64,000 nt of DNA from NCBI GenBank assembly GCA_016930235.1, contig JAFGHI010000007.1:27341-91340 (forward strand), in the 5' to 3' direction. How positions within the stretch are numbered: the stretch's first letter is position 1; each line of letters starts with the position of its first letter. Source of the DNA: Candidatus Omnitrophota bacterium. Lineage in GTDB: Bacteria > Omnitrophota > Omnitrophia > Omnitrophales > Aquincolibacteriaceae. Below are positions 9,791 through 19,314 of the stretch, piece by piece. The notes beneath the pieces are model-generated. The model made no database searches and had not been told where the DNA came from. It saw nothing but the letters and a program-made list of their open reading frames with translations. Made by a program: the position numbers and the translations under genes.

Positions 9791-10945
9791 ATGAAAAAGA
9801 AATTGATCAAACCCATGAAAAAAATGTCCTTACGCCAGAAAATATTTTTCTCCGGCCTCAGTTTGATCGTTTTATCTTTAGTTTTGTTTCTGACCGGAGA
9901 GTGGGCGATTCGAGCAAGCGGATGGGGGAGTCCTCGGCACCAGGAACTCTATGAAGACACTTTGCTGAAAGGAAAACCAAACGCACAGTATTGGGAGCTT
10001 GCCGAAGGCCGCAACCGTGTTATTTTGAATAATTGGGGATTTCATGACTGGGATCGAAACCCGCGGAGTGAGAAGTGGCGGACCCTCGTTTTGGGCGATT
10101 CCTTTGTGGCCGGTATGCAGGTGCCTACCTCAGATTTAATGACCACACGGCTTGAAGAGGCTTTCCAAGAGGCCGGGCAGTCTGCGGAAGTGATCAATGC
10201 GGGTGTTCCGGGGGCGAATACGCCCTATGAGTACATGCTTTGGAAGAAATTTTTTGAAGATCGTATTGAGGTCAATCAAATCATTTTGTGCATCTATCTT
10301 GGTAATGACCTGGCCAATAATACGAAGGCACTTCACCAGTTGACAGGGCGTCCTTTACTCAATTACGGTATTTACTTCAATGAAGCGGGTGAAATTGAGA
10401 CTCATCGTCTCATGGTTCATCCGTTTCAGGAGTTTGTGAGAGGGCTGACTCGTTATTCAGCTCTTTTGAATTTTATCTATACACGGCTTTATTTATTGAA
10501 ACAAGCCGGAGAGAAAAGTGCATTGAGTGATTATTTGGAAGGGCGCAAGCAGGATCCTGGATTCAGGGAAGAGCGGGAGGAGGCCTGGGAAGAAAGTAAA
10601 GGCTGGACACTTCGGTTGATTGATCGGTGGGCCGGGGAATTGAAGAGGCAGAAGATTCAGTTTAGGGTTGTGCTCATTTCAGCGCCGCCGAATCAAGACG
10701 AGGGGAAAAATTTACGTGCAGTCCTTAGGTTTGTTTCAGAGCTTGAGGTTTGGGGAGAACGCGCCGGCGTGCCGGTCCTGAATATGAGTTTTCCTGATTA
10801 CCGTCCCGAGGATATTTATACGAAGCGGGGTAAGACCTACGGCCATTTTAACCAGACAGGGCACACCGTGGCTGCCATGAAGATTTATCGGTGGCTCAAA
10901 CAAGATGGAAAGTGGCCGCCTTCCGAAAAAAAAGATCTTGTTTAA
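9791..10945 (+). CDS. Membrane-anchored SGNH/GDSL-like hydrolase or acyltransferase, AlgJ-like paralog 2
   Basis: N-terminal TM anchor. Block I is LVLGDSFVAGMQV. Asn and Gly blocks are present. A C-terminal GHFNQTGH block is also present. Confidence 0.5.
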   Translation: MKKKLIKPMKKMSLRQKIFFSGLSLIVLSLVLFLTGEWAIRASGWGSPRHQELYEDTLLKGKPNAQYWELAEGRNRVILNNWGFHDWDRNPRSEKWRTLVLGDSFVAGMQVPTSDLMTTRLEEAFQEAGQSAEVINAGVPGANTPYEYMLWKKFFEDRIEVNQIILCIYLGNDLANNTKALHQLTGRPLLNYGIYFNEAGEIETHRLMVHPFQEFVRGLTRYSALLNFIYTRLYLLKQAGEKSALSDYLEGRKQDPGFREEREEAWEESKGWTLRLIDRWAGELKRQKIQFRVVLISAPPNQDEGKNLRAVLRFVSELEVWGERAGVPVLNMSFPDYRPEDIYTKRGKTYGHFNQTGHTVAAMKIYRWLKQDGKWPPSEKKDLV

Positions 10946-11018
10946 AAGGCCAATAGTGAGTAGCTGTTAATATGAGTTTTTGACTGAAAGTGAGTCTGCA
11001 GATTAAATTCATAGCGAA

Positions 11019-12833
11019 ATGATAATACCTATCCTGACCTATGCGCTTTACTTCCTCGCGGTATCGATCATGGTCCCCCTTTTTTTAGATCGTGTTTCTT
11101 GGCACCAGCGGTTTGCCCTTGCCGTGAGTATTGGGGGCGTTGTGGCGACAGGGTCGGCCTTCGGGCTTTTCCTCATTTTTGGGCAAGGCTCGATATCCTC
11201 CGCTTTATGGTTTTTCTCGGGGATTTTTATCTTTGCCTTGTTCATCTATTTAGGGGAGAAAGTTAAAAAACCCTTTCATCTCGAGATGGGACAAGCCCAG
11301 AAGTCAAAAAGAATGATGATGGTTTTGGGGATCCTGTGTTGGGTTCTCTTTTGGGGATGGGCCGTTCGGGAAATGGTTTTTGTTAATCAAGAGGGTGTTT
11401 TCACGGGTTTAGTCTCTAATTTCGGAGATCTCAGCGAAAATATTGCGTTTACGTCTTATTTTGCGTGGGGGAATCATGATTTAGCCAATCCTCTTTACTC
11501 CGGGGTCTTGTTGCGCCATCATTTCTTGAGCAATTTCATGGCCTCGCTATTCCTGAGAGCGGGCGGGGATGTCCATCTTGTGTTTCAGATTCAGACCTTC
11601 TTTTTTGGCCTTCTTTCAACCTTCCTTTTCGGTTATTTTGTCAAAAGGATGACGGGAAGCCGTTTTTTGGGATGGCTTGCGCCCCTTCTCTTGTGGTTCG
11701 CCGGAGGGTTGCAGTGGGTTTACTTTCTTTTGGGAAAAGAGATAGATTGTCCGTGGTATAATTTTCTTTTGACCCGCATGTTACCGCAGCGTGCCTTTCT
11801 CCTTGGATTGCCGCTTGCTTGTACCGTCCTCATTTTTTTGTGGGAAGGATTCCTGTATTCCAGGATCAGGGTCTGGGCACTCTTGGGTTTTTTGACGGGA
11901 TTGTTACCGATGGCCAACATTTTTTTGTTTGTCGGGCTTGCATTCGTCGGTTTGTTTCTGGGTCTGTTGAAAGGGGTACGTATTTTTACTGTTTATCTTC
12001 TCATGCTGATTATAGTTGCTGTCCCGCAACTGATGTATCTTGCTGGGTCGTCAACCCATTCTTTTTTGACTTGGACTCAAGGATGGCGCGATATGGGCGA
12101 GAAAGGATTGGGGGCGTGGGTTCTGTTCTGGTTTCAGAATACCGGGTTTGTCTGGCCTTTTGTTCTTCTGGCTCTTTGTTTAAAAGCCCCTCGGCGCGAG
12201 CAGGTCATTTTTTATTTTCCTTTTGCGGGGCTTTTTCTTTTTGGCAATGTCCTTAATTTTACGCCGGATACGAATAATAATTACAACATCCTTTATGTTT
12301 GGATGATGGGCTCGATCCCGGTTATTTTGATGGGGATCAAAAAGGTCCGGGAGCTTCGTCCTTGGGGGGCGTCATGGGTTGCCGGTTTAATGGTCATACT
12401 CTTAATGGGAAGTGGGGCACTGGAATTCTACAAGCTTGTTGAACCGAAGGCATCCAATTATCTTATCGTAAGCAATAAGGATCTCGAATGGAGTCAAAAG
12501 CTTCGGGAAGTCACATCGCCTGATGAAGTCATCCTCATTCGGCCCATCCACAATCATCCTGTTTACTGGTCGGGGCGGAAAGTCCTCATGGGATATCCTG
12601 GTTGGGTTTGGTCCCATGGATGGGGAGCGGTCGAAGAGCGGGAGTCTGCCGCGCGTTCCATTTATCGCGGAAATGAGAAGGCGGAGCAATTCATAAGACG
12701 CTATAAGCTTGATGGAATTCTTGTCAGCCCGCTTGAAGCGAACCATTACGTGATTAATCAACACTTCCTCGATCAGGTTGGCAGGGAAATCTTGAGTGAA
12801 AAGGGTTATGCGTATTACCGCCTTAATGAATAA
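11019..12833 (+). CDS. Large polytopic membrane protein, member A of a three-paralog family in this window (putative GT-C-like glycan-processing protein)
   Basis: 604 aa with ~14 TM helices. Its C-terminal soluble domain (VILIRPIHNHPVYWSGRKVLMGYPGWVWSHGWG...SIYRGNEKAEQFIRRYKLDGILV) is shared with the proteins at 31951..33714 and 35593..37581. Confidence 0.45.
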   Translation: MIIPILTYALYFLAVSIMVPLFLDRVSWHQRFALAVSIGGVVATGSAFGLFLIFGQGSISSALWFFSGIFIFALFIYLGEKVKKPFHLEMGQAQKSKRMMMVLGILCWVLFWGWAVREMVFVNQEGVFTGLVSNFGDLSENIAFTSYFAWGNHDLANPLYSGVLLRHHFLSNFMASLFLRAGGDVHLVFQIQTFFFGLLSTFLFGYFVKRMTGSRFLGWLAPLLLWFAGGLQWVYFLLGKEIDCPWYNFLLTRMLPQRAFLLGLPLACTVLIFLWEGFLYSRIRVWALLGFLTGLLPMANIFLFVGLAFVGLFLGLLKGVRIFTVYLLMLIIVAVPQLMYLAGSSTHSFLTWTQGWRDMGEKGLGAWVLFWFQNTGFVWPFVLLALCLKAPRREQVIFYFPFAGLFLFGNVLNFTPDTNNNYNILYVWMMGSIPVILMGIKKVRELRPWGASWVAGLMVILLMGSGALEFYKLVEPKASNYLIVSNKDLEWSQKLREVTSPDEVILIRPIHNHPVYWSGRKVLMGYPGWVWSHGWGAVEERESAARSIYRGNEKAEQFIRRYKLDGILVSPLEANHYVINQHFLDQVGREILSEKGYAYYRLNE

Positions 12834-12895
12834 TGCCTAGATAGGCCCGGAAAATTGTTCATTTGAAAATGGTCTGTGAAAAAACACCCGCCTTC

Positions 12896-13621
12896 TTAAT
12901 TGATGATCGGATCTTTCCCGCGATTGGGGCGCTGCCAGGCTAAGTAGATGGCAGCTGAGATTCCCGTAGCTCCTAAAAGCATGGCCATCACCACGATTTG
13001 ATATCGGACGGCGATCAGGGGCGAGACCCCTGCCAGGATTTGTCCCGTCATCATGCCGGGCAGTGAGACTAGCCCGACGGCAAAGAAGGAATTGAGTAAG
13101 GGTATCAGGCAGGCCTGATAAGCCTTATTTCTCGCTTGAATATACGGGATGTTCCTTTCTGTTTCAGAATGAAATCGTTCGATGGCCAGGCTGAGGCCGT
13201 TCATGGCGTTTGCAAAGATCATTCCCGCGATGGGGATCAGGTACCGGGGTTCATGCCAGGGGCTGAGACGGATGACTCCGCCAATGACCAGGATAAGAGT
13301 GGAAAGGCATCCGATTGAAAGACTGGCCAATGTTTTCAGGTAAAGATCCGGACTTTTTAAGGTCAAAGGACGGATGGCGATCCAGCTTGCGATCATCAGC
13401 ATAAATGAAAGGATGCCTGTTACAAGCCAGGGTGAATGGCTTTCGAAGATATAGATAAGGACAAATCCAATTAAAATCAGCTGAATAAGCATTCTTGCTG
13501 TGGCATCAAGAAGGGTTTTGTAAGGTAGAGCCCAACGGATGTAAATAATCATGACAATAACGAGCGGGATCATTGCCACCGCAAGAAAAGGGACGGGAAT
13601 ATCATAAATGGAGTTCGTCAT
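12896..13621 (-). CDS. UPF0014/FetB-family ABC-type permease (iron-export FetB-like)
   Basis: 241 aa with 7 TM helices. The sequence has FetB/YbbM family character. No cognate FetA ATPase gene is adjacent. Confidence 0.55.
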   Translation of the reverse strand: MTNSIYDIPVPFLAVAMIPLVIVMIIYIRWALPYKTLLDATARMLIQLILIGFVLIYIFESHSPWLVTGILSFMLMIASWIAIRPLTLKSPDLYLKTLASLSIGCLSTLILVIGGVIRLSPWHEPRYLIPIAGMIFANAMNGLSLAIERFHSETERNIPYIQARNKAYQACLIPLLNSFFAVGLVSLPGMMTGQILAGVSPLIAVRYQIVVMAMLLGATGISAAIYLAWQRPNRGKDPIIN

Positions 13622-13752
13622 TTAAGGGCAAGTCCTTTTCGTCTATAATGCCATAGGGCTAAGAAGGTTAAAAGTCAAAAATGAAAAGTGAAAGGCCAAA
13701 AGCTTGTCTGACAGAACGTCGCGCGGGCGGGTCCTAGGTTAAAAATCAAGAG

Positions 13753-14496
13753 ATGTACCGCATTCAATGTTCGGAAATATGGGGAGGCATCAAGAACCTC
13801 AATACGGAGGTTTCGACTGCCTCGGTTCGTGCAAGTGTCTATGCCCAATCGGCGAAGGGTGAGAAAGGCGGGGATTTTTATTATTTCAGTGTTTGCGGGG
13901 CTGACCGGGTGACTCGTATTGTGATCGGTGATGTTACCGGTCATGGAGAAGAGGTAAGTGCTTTTAGTCAATGGGTTTATGAAATCATGAAGGCGCAAAT
14001 GAGCCAGGTCAAGAGCTGCGGTATCTTAAAGAAACTGAATGAAAGAATCCAGAACGAATGCTTTGCGTCTTTGGCAACGCTTGCTATTGTTTGCTTCTAT
14101 GTTCAAGATAAAAAACTTTATATTTCGTATGCAGGGCATCCTCCTGTTTTGATTGGCCGGAAGAAAGACGCGGATTGGAATCCTCTTCTTTTGGGTGCTA
14201 CGCCTGACGTTGCCAATTTACCGATCGGTGTGACTCGTGATGTTCAGTATGTTGACCGTGAAATTGCGCTTGAGACGGGGGACCGTTTGTTCTTTTATAC
14301 CGATGGCCTTATTGAGGCCCGGAATCAACAGGGAGAAGCTTTTGGGATGGATCGTCTTTTAGCGAGTGTGCGGAAAATAGGGATGGGGGATTCTGCGAAA
14401 GTTAAGGAGCAAGTACTTTGCGATCTGGATGCCTTTGCTTCTTTGTTAAAACTCAGGGATGATTTCACGCTTATTTCCGCAGAAGTTATTGCTTGA
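13753..14496 (+). CDS. PP2C/SpoIIE-family serine phosphatase (stand-alone catalytic domain)
   Basis: GGDFYYF and GDVTGHGEEVSAF motifs (metal-binding Asp-Gly). A C-terminal DGLIEA block is present. 247 aa with no sensor domain. Confidence 0.55.
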   Translation: MYRIQCSEIWGGIKNLNTEVSTASVRASVYAQSAKGEKGGDFYYFSVCGADRVTRIVIGDVTGHGEEVSAFSQWVYEIMKAQMSQVKSCGILKKLNERIQNECFASLATLAIVCFYVQDKKLYISYAGHPPVLIGRKKDADWNPLLLGATPDVANLPIGVTRDVQYVDREIALETGDRLFFYTDGLIEARNQQGEAFGMDRLLASVRKIGMGDSAKVKEQVLCDLDAFASLLKLRDDFTLISAEVIA

Positions 14497-14510
14497 ACAC
14501 TAAGACTTCA

Positions 14511-15965
14511 ATGGCCGGGGGAATAGCCAAAATGGGAAGTCAAAGAATGCACGTGAGGGATTGGGACCGCATCCTACGTGGTTTTAGCCCCTATCTTTTT
14601 TGGGGGACAATTATATTGTGGTTTTTCTACCTTTCCTTCGGAGATTCCATGATCACAGCTCTTTATCATAAGCAAAGCCTGCCGTTTTTAAACGGTATTC
14701 TGAGCGGGCGGAATGTGCATCCGCTCGAACATTATCTTCAGGTCGGGGGTTATACGATGGTGAAGATATCGATTCTAGCGGGATTGCTCATTTTCTTTTG
14801 CTTACTGCCGGTTAACTGGAAACTTTCATGCTTCATTATTTTTCTTTTATTATCATTGTTGGAAATGGGAATAAGGATTCGGGATTGGCGGGAGCGAATC
14901 CAGTATCCCAAGATCGATATCCCCGAAAATATCGGCTGGGAGTATGATTCTCCTTTAGGTTGGAAAATGGAGGAGAATGCAGAATTTACCCTCGTGAGTT
15001 ACGTCAATCATTTTTGGGCGAATATTCGGGTTAATTCGAAAGGACTTCGGGATGAGGAATATGCCTACGAAAAACCGCAGGGAGCTGAACGTATTCTTCT
15101 TCTGGGAGATTCGATGATCGTAGGGATGGAAGTTTCTAAGGAGAATGTCATCGATGCGCAATTAGAAAGAAAACTTGCGCAGCACGGGAATTATCAGGTG
15201 ATCAACGCGGGAGTAAGAGGTTATGCAACGGATCAATCGTATTTATTTTTAAAAGAGGAAGGCATCCGTTATCACCCCGATATTATTGTTTATGCCTTTG
15301 TTGAAAATGATCCTCTGGGAAATGTAACCGTGCATCGCCCCAATAGGAGATTTGGTAAACCTCACTTTATTCTTGATGATGCGGACGAACTTCTTCTCGA
15401 GGGGATGCCGGCCCCGCAAAGATTTAAAAAAGTCAATTTGTGGGAGATGTCGGACCCCCGGATAGAAAATTTATATAATGATGCTTTGATGCGGTATTTG
15501 AATTATCGCAAGAAACCTACTTTAATCGATTCCATCATGGGCGATTTTCTTCGACTCAAAATCTTCGAATGGATTTTAATGAGATTGGGTTATTTTAAGT
15601 ATACCGATTTGGAGATTTATCATAAGGAATTTCCCGAGAATATTCCTGTTTGGGTCACAGATTATGAATGGGAAATTACGGGAGCTATTCTTCAGAAGAT
15701 GAGCGAACTAGCCAATGCGATCGGGGCAAAGTTTTTAGTTTTTGAAGTCCCTTCCGTGTCGGACGAGGAGAGGGACGAAAGTCGCCTTCAAACCATTTGC
15801 AAGAAATGGAAGATACCTTATTTTAATATGAATCAAAAGTTTAAATCTTATCGAAATATATTCAGGCCACTACGGTTTATTTATGACGCGCACTGGACAA
15901 AATGGGGGCACCAGTTTGCGGCCAACGAACTTTATCAGGAACTAAGAAGACGAGGTTGGGTATAA
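14511..15965 (+). CDS. Membrane-anchored SGNH-like protein, AlgJ-like paralog 3
   Basis: The track ORF starts at TTG 14493, overlapping the phosphatase stop; the first in-frame ATG is at 14511. Two or three N-terminal TM helices. Block I is LLLGDSMIVGMEV and a C-terminal DAHWTKWGH block is present. Confidence 0.5.
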   Translation: MAGGIAKMGSQRMHVRDWDRILRGFSPYLFWGTIILWFFYLSFGDSMITALYHKQSLPFLNGILSGRNVHPLEHYLQVGGYTMVKISILAGLLIFFCLLPVNWKLSCFIIFLLLSLLEMGIRIRDWRERIQYPKIDIPENIGWEYDSPLGWKMEENAEFTLVSYVNHFWANIRVNSKGLRDEEYAYEKPQGAERILLLGDSMIVGMEVSKENVIDAQLERKLAQHGNYQVINAGVRGYATDQSYLFLKEEGIRYHPDIIVYAFVENDPLGNVTVHRPNRRFGKPHFILDDADELLLEGMPAPQRFKKVNLWEMSDPRIENLYNDALMRYLNYRKKPTLIDSIMGDFLRLKIFEWILMRLGYFKYTDLEIYHKEFPENIPVWVTDYEWEITGAILQKMSELANAIGAKFLVFEVPSVSDEERDESRLQTICKKWKIPYFNMNQKFKSYRNIFRPLRFIYDAHWTKWGHQFAANELYQELRRRGWV

Positions 15966-15979
15966 AGGGAAGGGAATTT

Positions 15980-17170
15980 ATGTTAAAAAAATTATTTTTC
16001 CGCTTGGCTGCGGTTAGCTTGGGTTTCTTTATGGTTTTCTTGCTGATCGAAGCGGGGCTTCGGTTGTGGGCGCCTTCCTGGCTGGAAACAAGGATGAAAT
16101 CGTTTAATTTCGAAAACGATCTTCGATCTTTTGGAACCGACCTTCACTGGCCTGTCGAAGAGAAGGACGGGTTTTACCTTAAGTTTATTCCGGGAAGCCG
16201 ATTCCGCGTTAATCATTATGAATTTGATCACGAGGTTCATATCAATGCTTGGGGTGGCCGCCGCACGCCTTTTTGCCAAGAAGGAAACGAGTCCTTTGTC
16301 ATTCCCTTTTTGGGGGATTCCTTCACTTTCGGTATTGGCGTTCGTGACGATGAAACCTTCGTTAATCTTTTGAGTGCGGAGATGAAAAAGTGTTTTCTCA
16401 ATCTGGGAATGTCCGGAGCCGCGCTTGATTATCAGATCCAGCTCATTAAAAGACGGCATGACGAACTGGGAAACCCCAGGTTATATGTTTTTAACCTATT
16501 TATGGGTAATGATTTATCCCCAAGTGTCAATGAGAAGCAGGAAAAACCGAGGATCGAAAACTTGGAATTGCTTACTAAAAAAGAACATCGGTCCTGGGAC
16601 AATTTTATTCTCACGGTTAATTATTTCTTTTACCATGTTGATTTTTTGCCGAAGAGCTATGCCTTGCAATATATTCGTGCCAAGTTGATCGCTCTTATCA
16701 ATCAAGCTAGGATGCGGAAAGGTTCAGCTGTTTTTGCAGATTCTATTTATGGTGTCATGGAGCGTTCTCAAGAACCGTCCTTACGGGAGTGGATCCATGG
16801 GAAAATAGCAAGCCTTGCCCGACTGGCAGAGGAAAAGGGGTTTGAGGTCTTCATCCTCATGATTCCGGACGGTCATCAAGTCTCAGACGGTCTTTTTCGT
16901 GAACGTGCTCGTTATTATGGAATACCGGTTGATCAATATGACCGTGAACTGCCCAACCGGGTGTTAGCGGATGAACTCGAGAAAGCAGGGATCCCTTATC
17001 TTGATCTCCTCCCTTGTATGCGTCAGTATGAAAGGGCCGAACTTTTAAAATCTCAAGGAGAGAATCTTTATTATCTTCAGGATAATCACCTGACTCCTCT
17101 TGGGCACCGGGTTGTTGCTGATTGTGCCATCGGCCCCTTAAGAAAATGGTATGAAGAAAAGGGTGTCTAA
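15980..17170 (+). CDS. Membrane-anchored SGNH-like protein, AlgJ-like paralog 4
   Basis: ATG 15980 follows AAAGGGAAGGG. The track N-terminal extension from 15902 lies inside the upstream gene. It has an N-terminal TM anchor. Block I is IPFLGDSFTFGIGV and a C-terminal DNHLTPLGH block is present. Confidence 0.5.
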   Translation: MLKKLFFRLAAVSLGFFMVFLLIEAGLRLWAPSWLETRMKSFNFENDLRSFGTDLHWPVEEKDGFYLKFIPGSRFRVNHYEFDHEVHINAWGGRRTPFCQEGNESFVIPFLGDSFTFGIGVRDDETFVNLLSAEMKKCFLNLGMSGAALDYQIQLIKRRHDELGNPRLYVFNLFMGNDLSPSVNEKQEKPRIENLELLTKKEHRSWDNFILTVNYFFYHVDFLPKSYALQYIRAKLIALINQARMRKGSAVFADSIYGVMERSQEPSLREWIHGKIASLARLAEEKGFEVFILMIPDGHQVSDGLFRERARYYGIPVDQYDRELPNRVLADELEKAGIPYLDLLPCMRQYERAELLKSQGENLYYLQDNHLTPLGHRVVADCAIGPLRKWYEEKGV

Positions 17171-17220
17171 ATGGAGACCCGGGAAAGTTTTGATAAGAAG
17201 TTTGGGAGGAATTAAAATCC

Positions 17221-18276
17221 ATGTCTTCCTTGATTAGCGTCGTCATGTCGGTTTATGACGGTGAGCGATATCTTCGAGAATCGCTTGAGAGTATCTTCAG
17301 CCAGACAATAGCGGATTTTGAATTCATCGTCGTTGACGATGGTTCCGGTGATGCGACATGGGAGATTTTAAACGAGGCACAAAAGAAAGATCGCAGGCTG
17401 ACTTTGGTTCGAAATGGTACCAATATCGGTTTGGCGGAGTCACTTAATAAAGCCCTGGCTTTGGTGAGAGGGAAATATGTTGCCAGGCAGGATGCGGATG
17501 ATGTGTCCCTGCCCCAAAGATTTGAAAGGCAAATCGGTTTTTTGAAGACTCATCCTGATATCGGGGTCTTGGGGACGGCGGTCAAGAAGGTTGATCGGGA
17601 AGATAAGGAGCAGGGTAACTATTACCCCCCCGAAGATCATGAAACGATTTTGGCCCGACTTCTGATCAATAACTGTTTCCGGCATCCGACACTGATGATG
17701 AAGGCATCGTTTTTGCGGCAGGTTCAAGGCTATGATATTCATGCTGCGTGGGCTGAGGATTATGATTTGCTCGTTCGCTTAAGGCGTCTGACGCGATTCG
17801 CGAATTTAAGGGAACCCTTGGTGAGATATCGTACCGGAACGGGTTTTTTTACGGGGCAACATCGACAGCAACAGATGGATACCGCTTTTCGGATTTCTTC
17901 CGAACTGTTGCGCGAATCCATGGAAGGGACCGAGTTCCCCCTGGATATTTACCGCAGGTTTTGGTGGTTGATCCAGCAGTATCATCTTCCGGGGGTCATC
18001 AAGAATACGGATTTCGGCGAACAGGATATCCGTGAGCTCCGAGGTGTGGTCAAAGTGCTGATGCGGACACCGGCCGGTAAAGATGTCTGGGGCGCTTCGT
18101 TATGCGGTCTTTCAGCGGCCTGGGGGCTTCATGGGAAGGGACGAGAAGGGAACGCCCTTTTTTCTTTGGTAATCAGCCGATTGAGGATAAATTTTGGATG
18201 GAAGAGCCTACTCCATTTTTTCCCCTCGCTTTTCTTCAGGTGGATGAAACGAAAATTATTAAGGGATCTGAGATGA
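17221..18276 (+). CDS. Family 2 glycosyltransferase
   Basis: The SVVMSVYDGERYLRESLESIFSQT...FEFIVVDDGSGD block is a GT2 DXD-type N-terminal domain. Its TGA stop overlaps the hemE ATGATG start. Confidence 0.7.
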   Translation: MSSLISVVMSVYDGERYLRESLESIFSQTIADFEFIVVDDGSGDATWEILNEAQKKDRRLTLVRNGTNIGLAESLNKALALVRGKYVARQDADDVSLPQRFERQIGFLKTHPDIGVLGTAVKKVDREDKEQGNYYPPEDHETILARLLINNCFRHPTLMMKASFLRQVQGYDIHAAWAEDYDLLVRLRRLTRFANLREPLVRYRTGTGFFTGQHRQQQMDTAFRISSELLRESMEGTEFPLDIYRRFWWLIQQYHLPGVIKNTDFGEQDIRELRGVVKVLMRTPAGKDVWGASLCGLSAAWGLHGKGREGNALFSLVISRLRINFGWKSLLHFFPSLFFRWMKRKLLRDLR

Positions 18277-19310
18277 TGGCCGAGGAAGAATCTTGCTTCT
18301 TACGGGCTTGCAGGGGAAGACAGGTCCCTTATACGCCCGTTTGGGTCATGCGCCAATCGGGACGTTATCTAGAAGAATATCGAAAGATCCGAAAGCGTGT
18401 TTCATTTTTGGAGCTTTGCAAGACACCTGAACTTGCCACTGAAGTAGCGGTGATGGCACAAGCGAAAATTAAGGCTGATGCGGCCATCGTTTTCTCCGAC
18501 CTTTTACTTATTTTGGAAACATGGGGAATGAAACTTGACTACCCTGAAAAAGGGGGGCCTGTTGTTTCGCCCGGGATTACCTCAACGCGGGATATTGATC
18601 ATTTACCAGAAGATGATCCTGTTTCGTCACTTTCTTTTGTCTTGGATGCGGTTCGGTTAACGCGTTCCGCCTTGCCCCGCGCGATCCCTTTAATCGGTTT
18701 TGCAGGCGCTCCGTTCACGTTAGCGTCTTATCTTCTCGAAGGCGGAAAATCGAAAGGTTTCGAGAAAACAAAAAAATGGATGCATGAAAATCAGGATGCG
18801 TGGGGAAAATTGCTCGAAAAAATTGTTCGTGGGGTAGGTGCCTTTGTCCGCGCGCAAATAAAAGCAGGAGTCGATTGCATTCAAGTTTTTGACAGCTGGG
18901 CAGGATGCCTCCTTCAAGAAGAGTACGAACAATTTGTTTTTCCTTTTTCGAAGAAGCTCTTTGAAAGCATTCCAAAAGGAATACCGGTCATTCACTTTGG
19001 AACGGGGACGGCCCCTTTCCTTGAAATATTTTCAGGGGCGGGCGGGGATGTTGTCGGTATTGATCACGGGTTAAATTTGCATGCTGCCTGGCAGAGGATC
19101 GGGCCTAAAAAAGCCATTCAGGGGAATTTGGATCCTCGGGTACTTTTGGAAGATCCCAAAACGATCCAAAAAGAGGTCGAGAGGATTTTGTTAGAAGCCG
19201 GTGGCCGGCCGGGGCACATTTTTAATTTGGGACATGGTGTTTTACCGGAGACACCGGTGGAGCATGTGATCGCCATGATGGAAGCCGTTCACGAATTGAG
19301 CCGGAGATAA
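18273..19310 (+). CDS. hemE: Uroporphyrinogen decarboxylase
   Basis: Collinear with HemE: PYTPVWVMRQSGRYLEEY, FLELCKTPELATEV, AAIVFSDLL. ATG 18273 is in frame within the longer track ORF. Confidence 0.85.
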   Translation: MMAEEESCFLRACRGRQVPYTPVWVMRQSGRYLEEYRKIRKRVSFLELCKTPELATEVAVMAQAKIKADAAIVFSDLLLILETWGMKLDYPEKGGPVVSPGITSTRDIDHLPEDDPVSSLSFVLDAVRLTRSALPRAIPLIGFAGAPFTLASYLLEGGKSKGFEKTKKWMHENQDAWGKLLEKIVRGVGAFVRAQIKAGVDCIQVFDSWAGCLLQEEYEQFVFPFSKKLFESIPKGIPVIHFGTGTAPFLEIFSGAGGDVVGIDHGLNLHAAWQRIGPKKAIQGNLDPRVLLEDPKTIQKEVERILLEAGGRPGHIFNLGHGVLPETPVEHVIAMMEAVHELSRR

Positions 19311-19314
19311 AGTA

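Noticed and set aside
13645-13650. TATAAT hexamer 110 nt upstream of the PP2C gene as its promoter
   Set aside because: The -35 region (TTAAGG) is poor and the distance to the start codon is long. It could equally be chance in an AT-rich divergent region, so I did not list it as a feature.
15902-15979. N-terminal extension of SGNH paralog 4 (track start 15902)
   Set aside because: It lies inside the 3' end of the preceding gene in another frame. ATG 15980, with its RBS, directly precedes the signal-anchor sequence.
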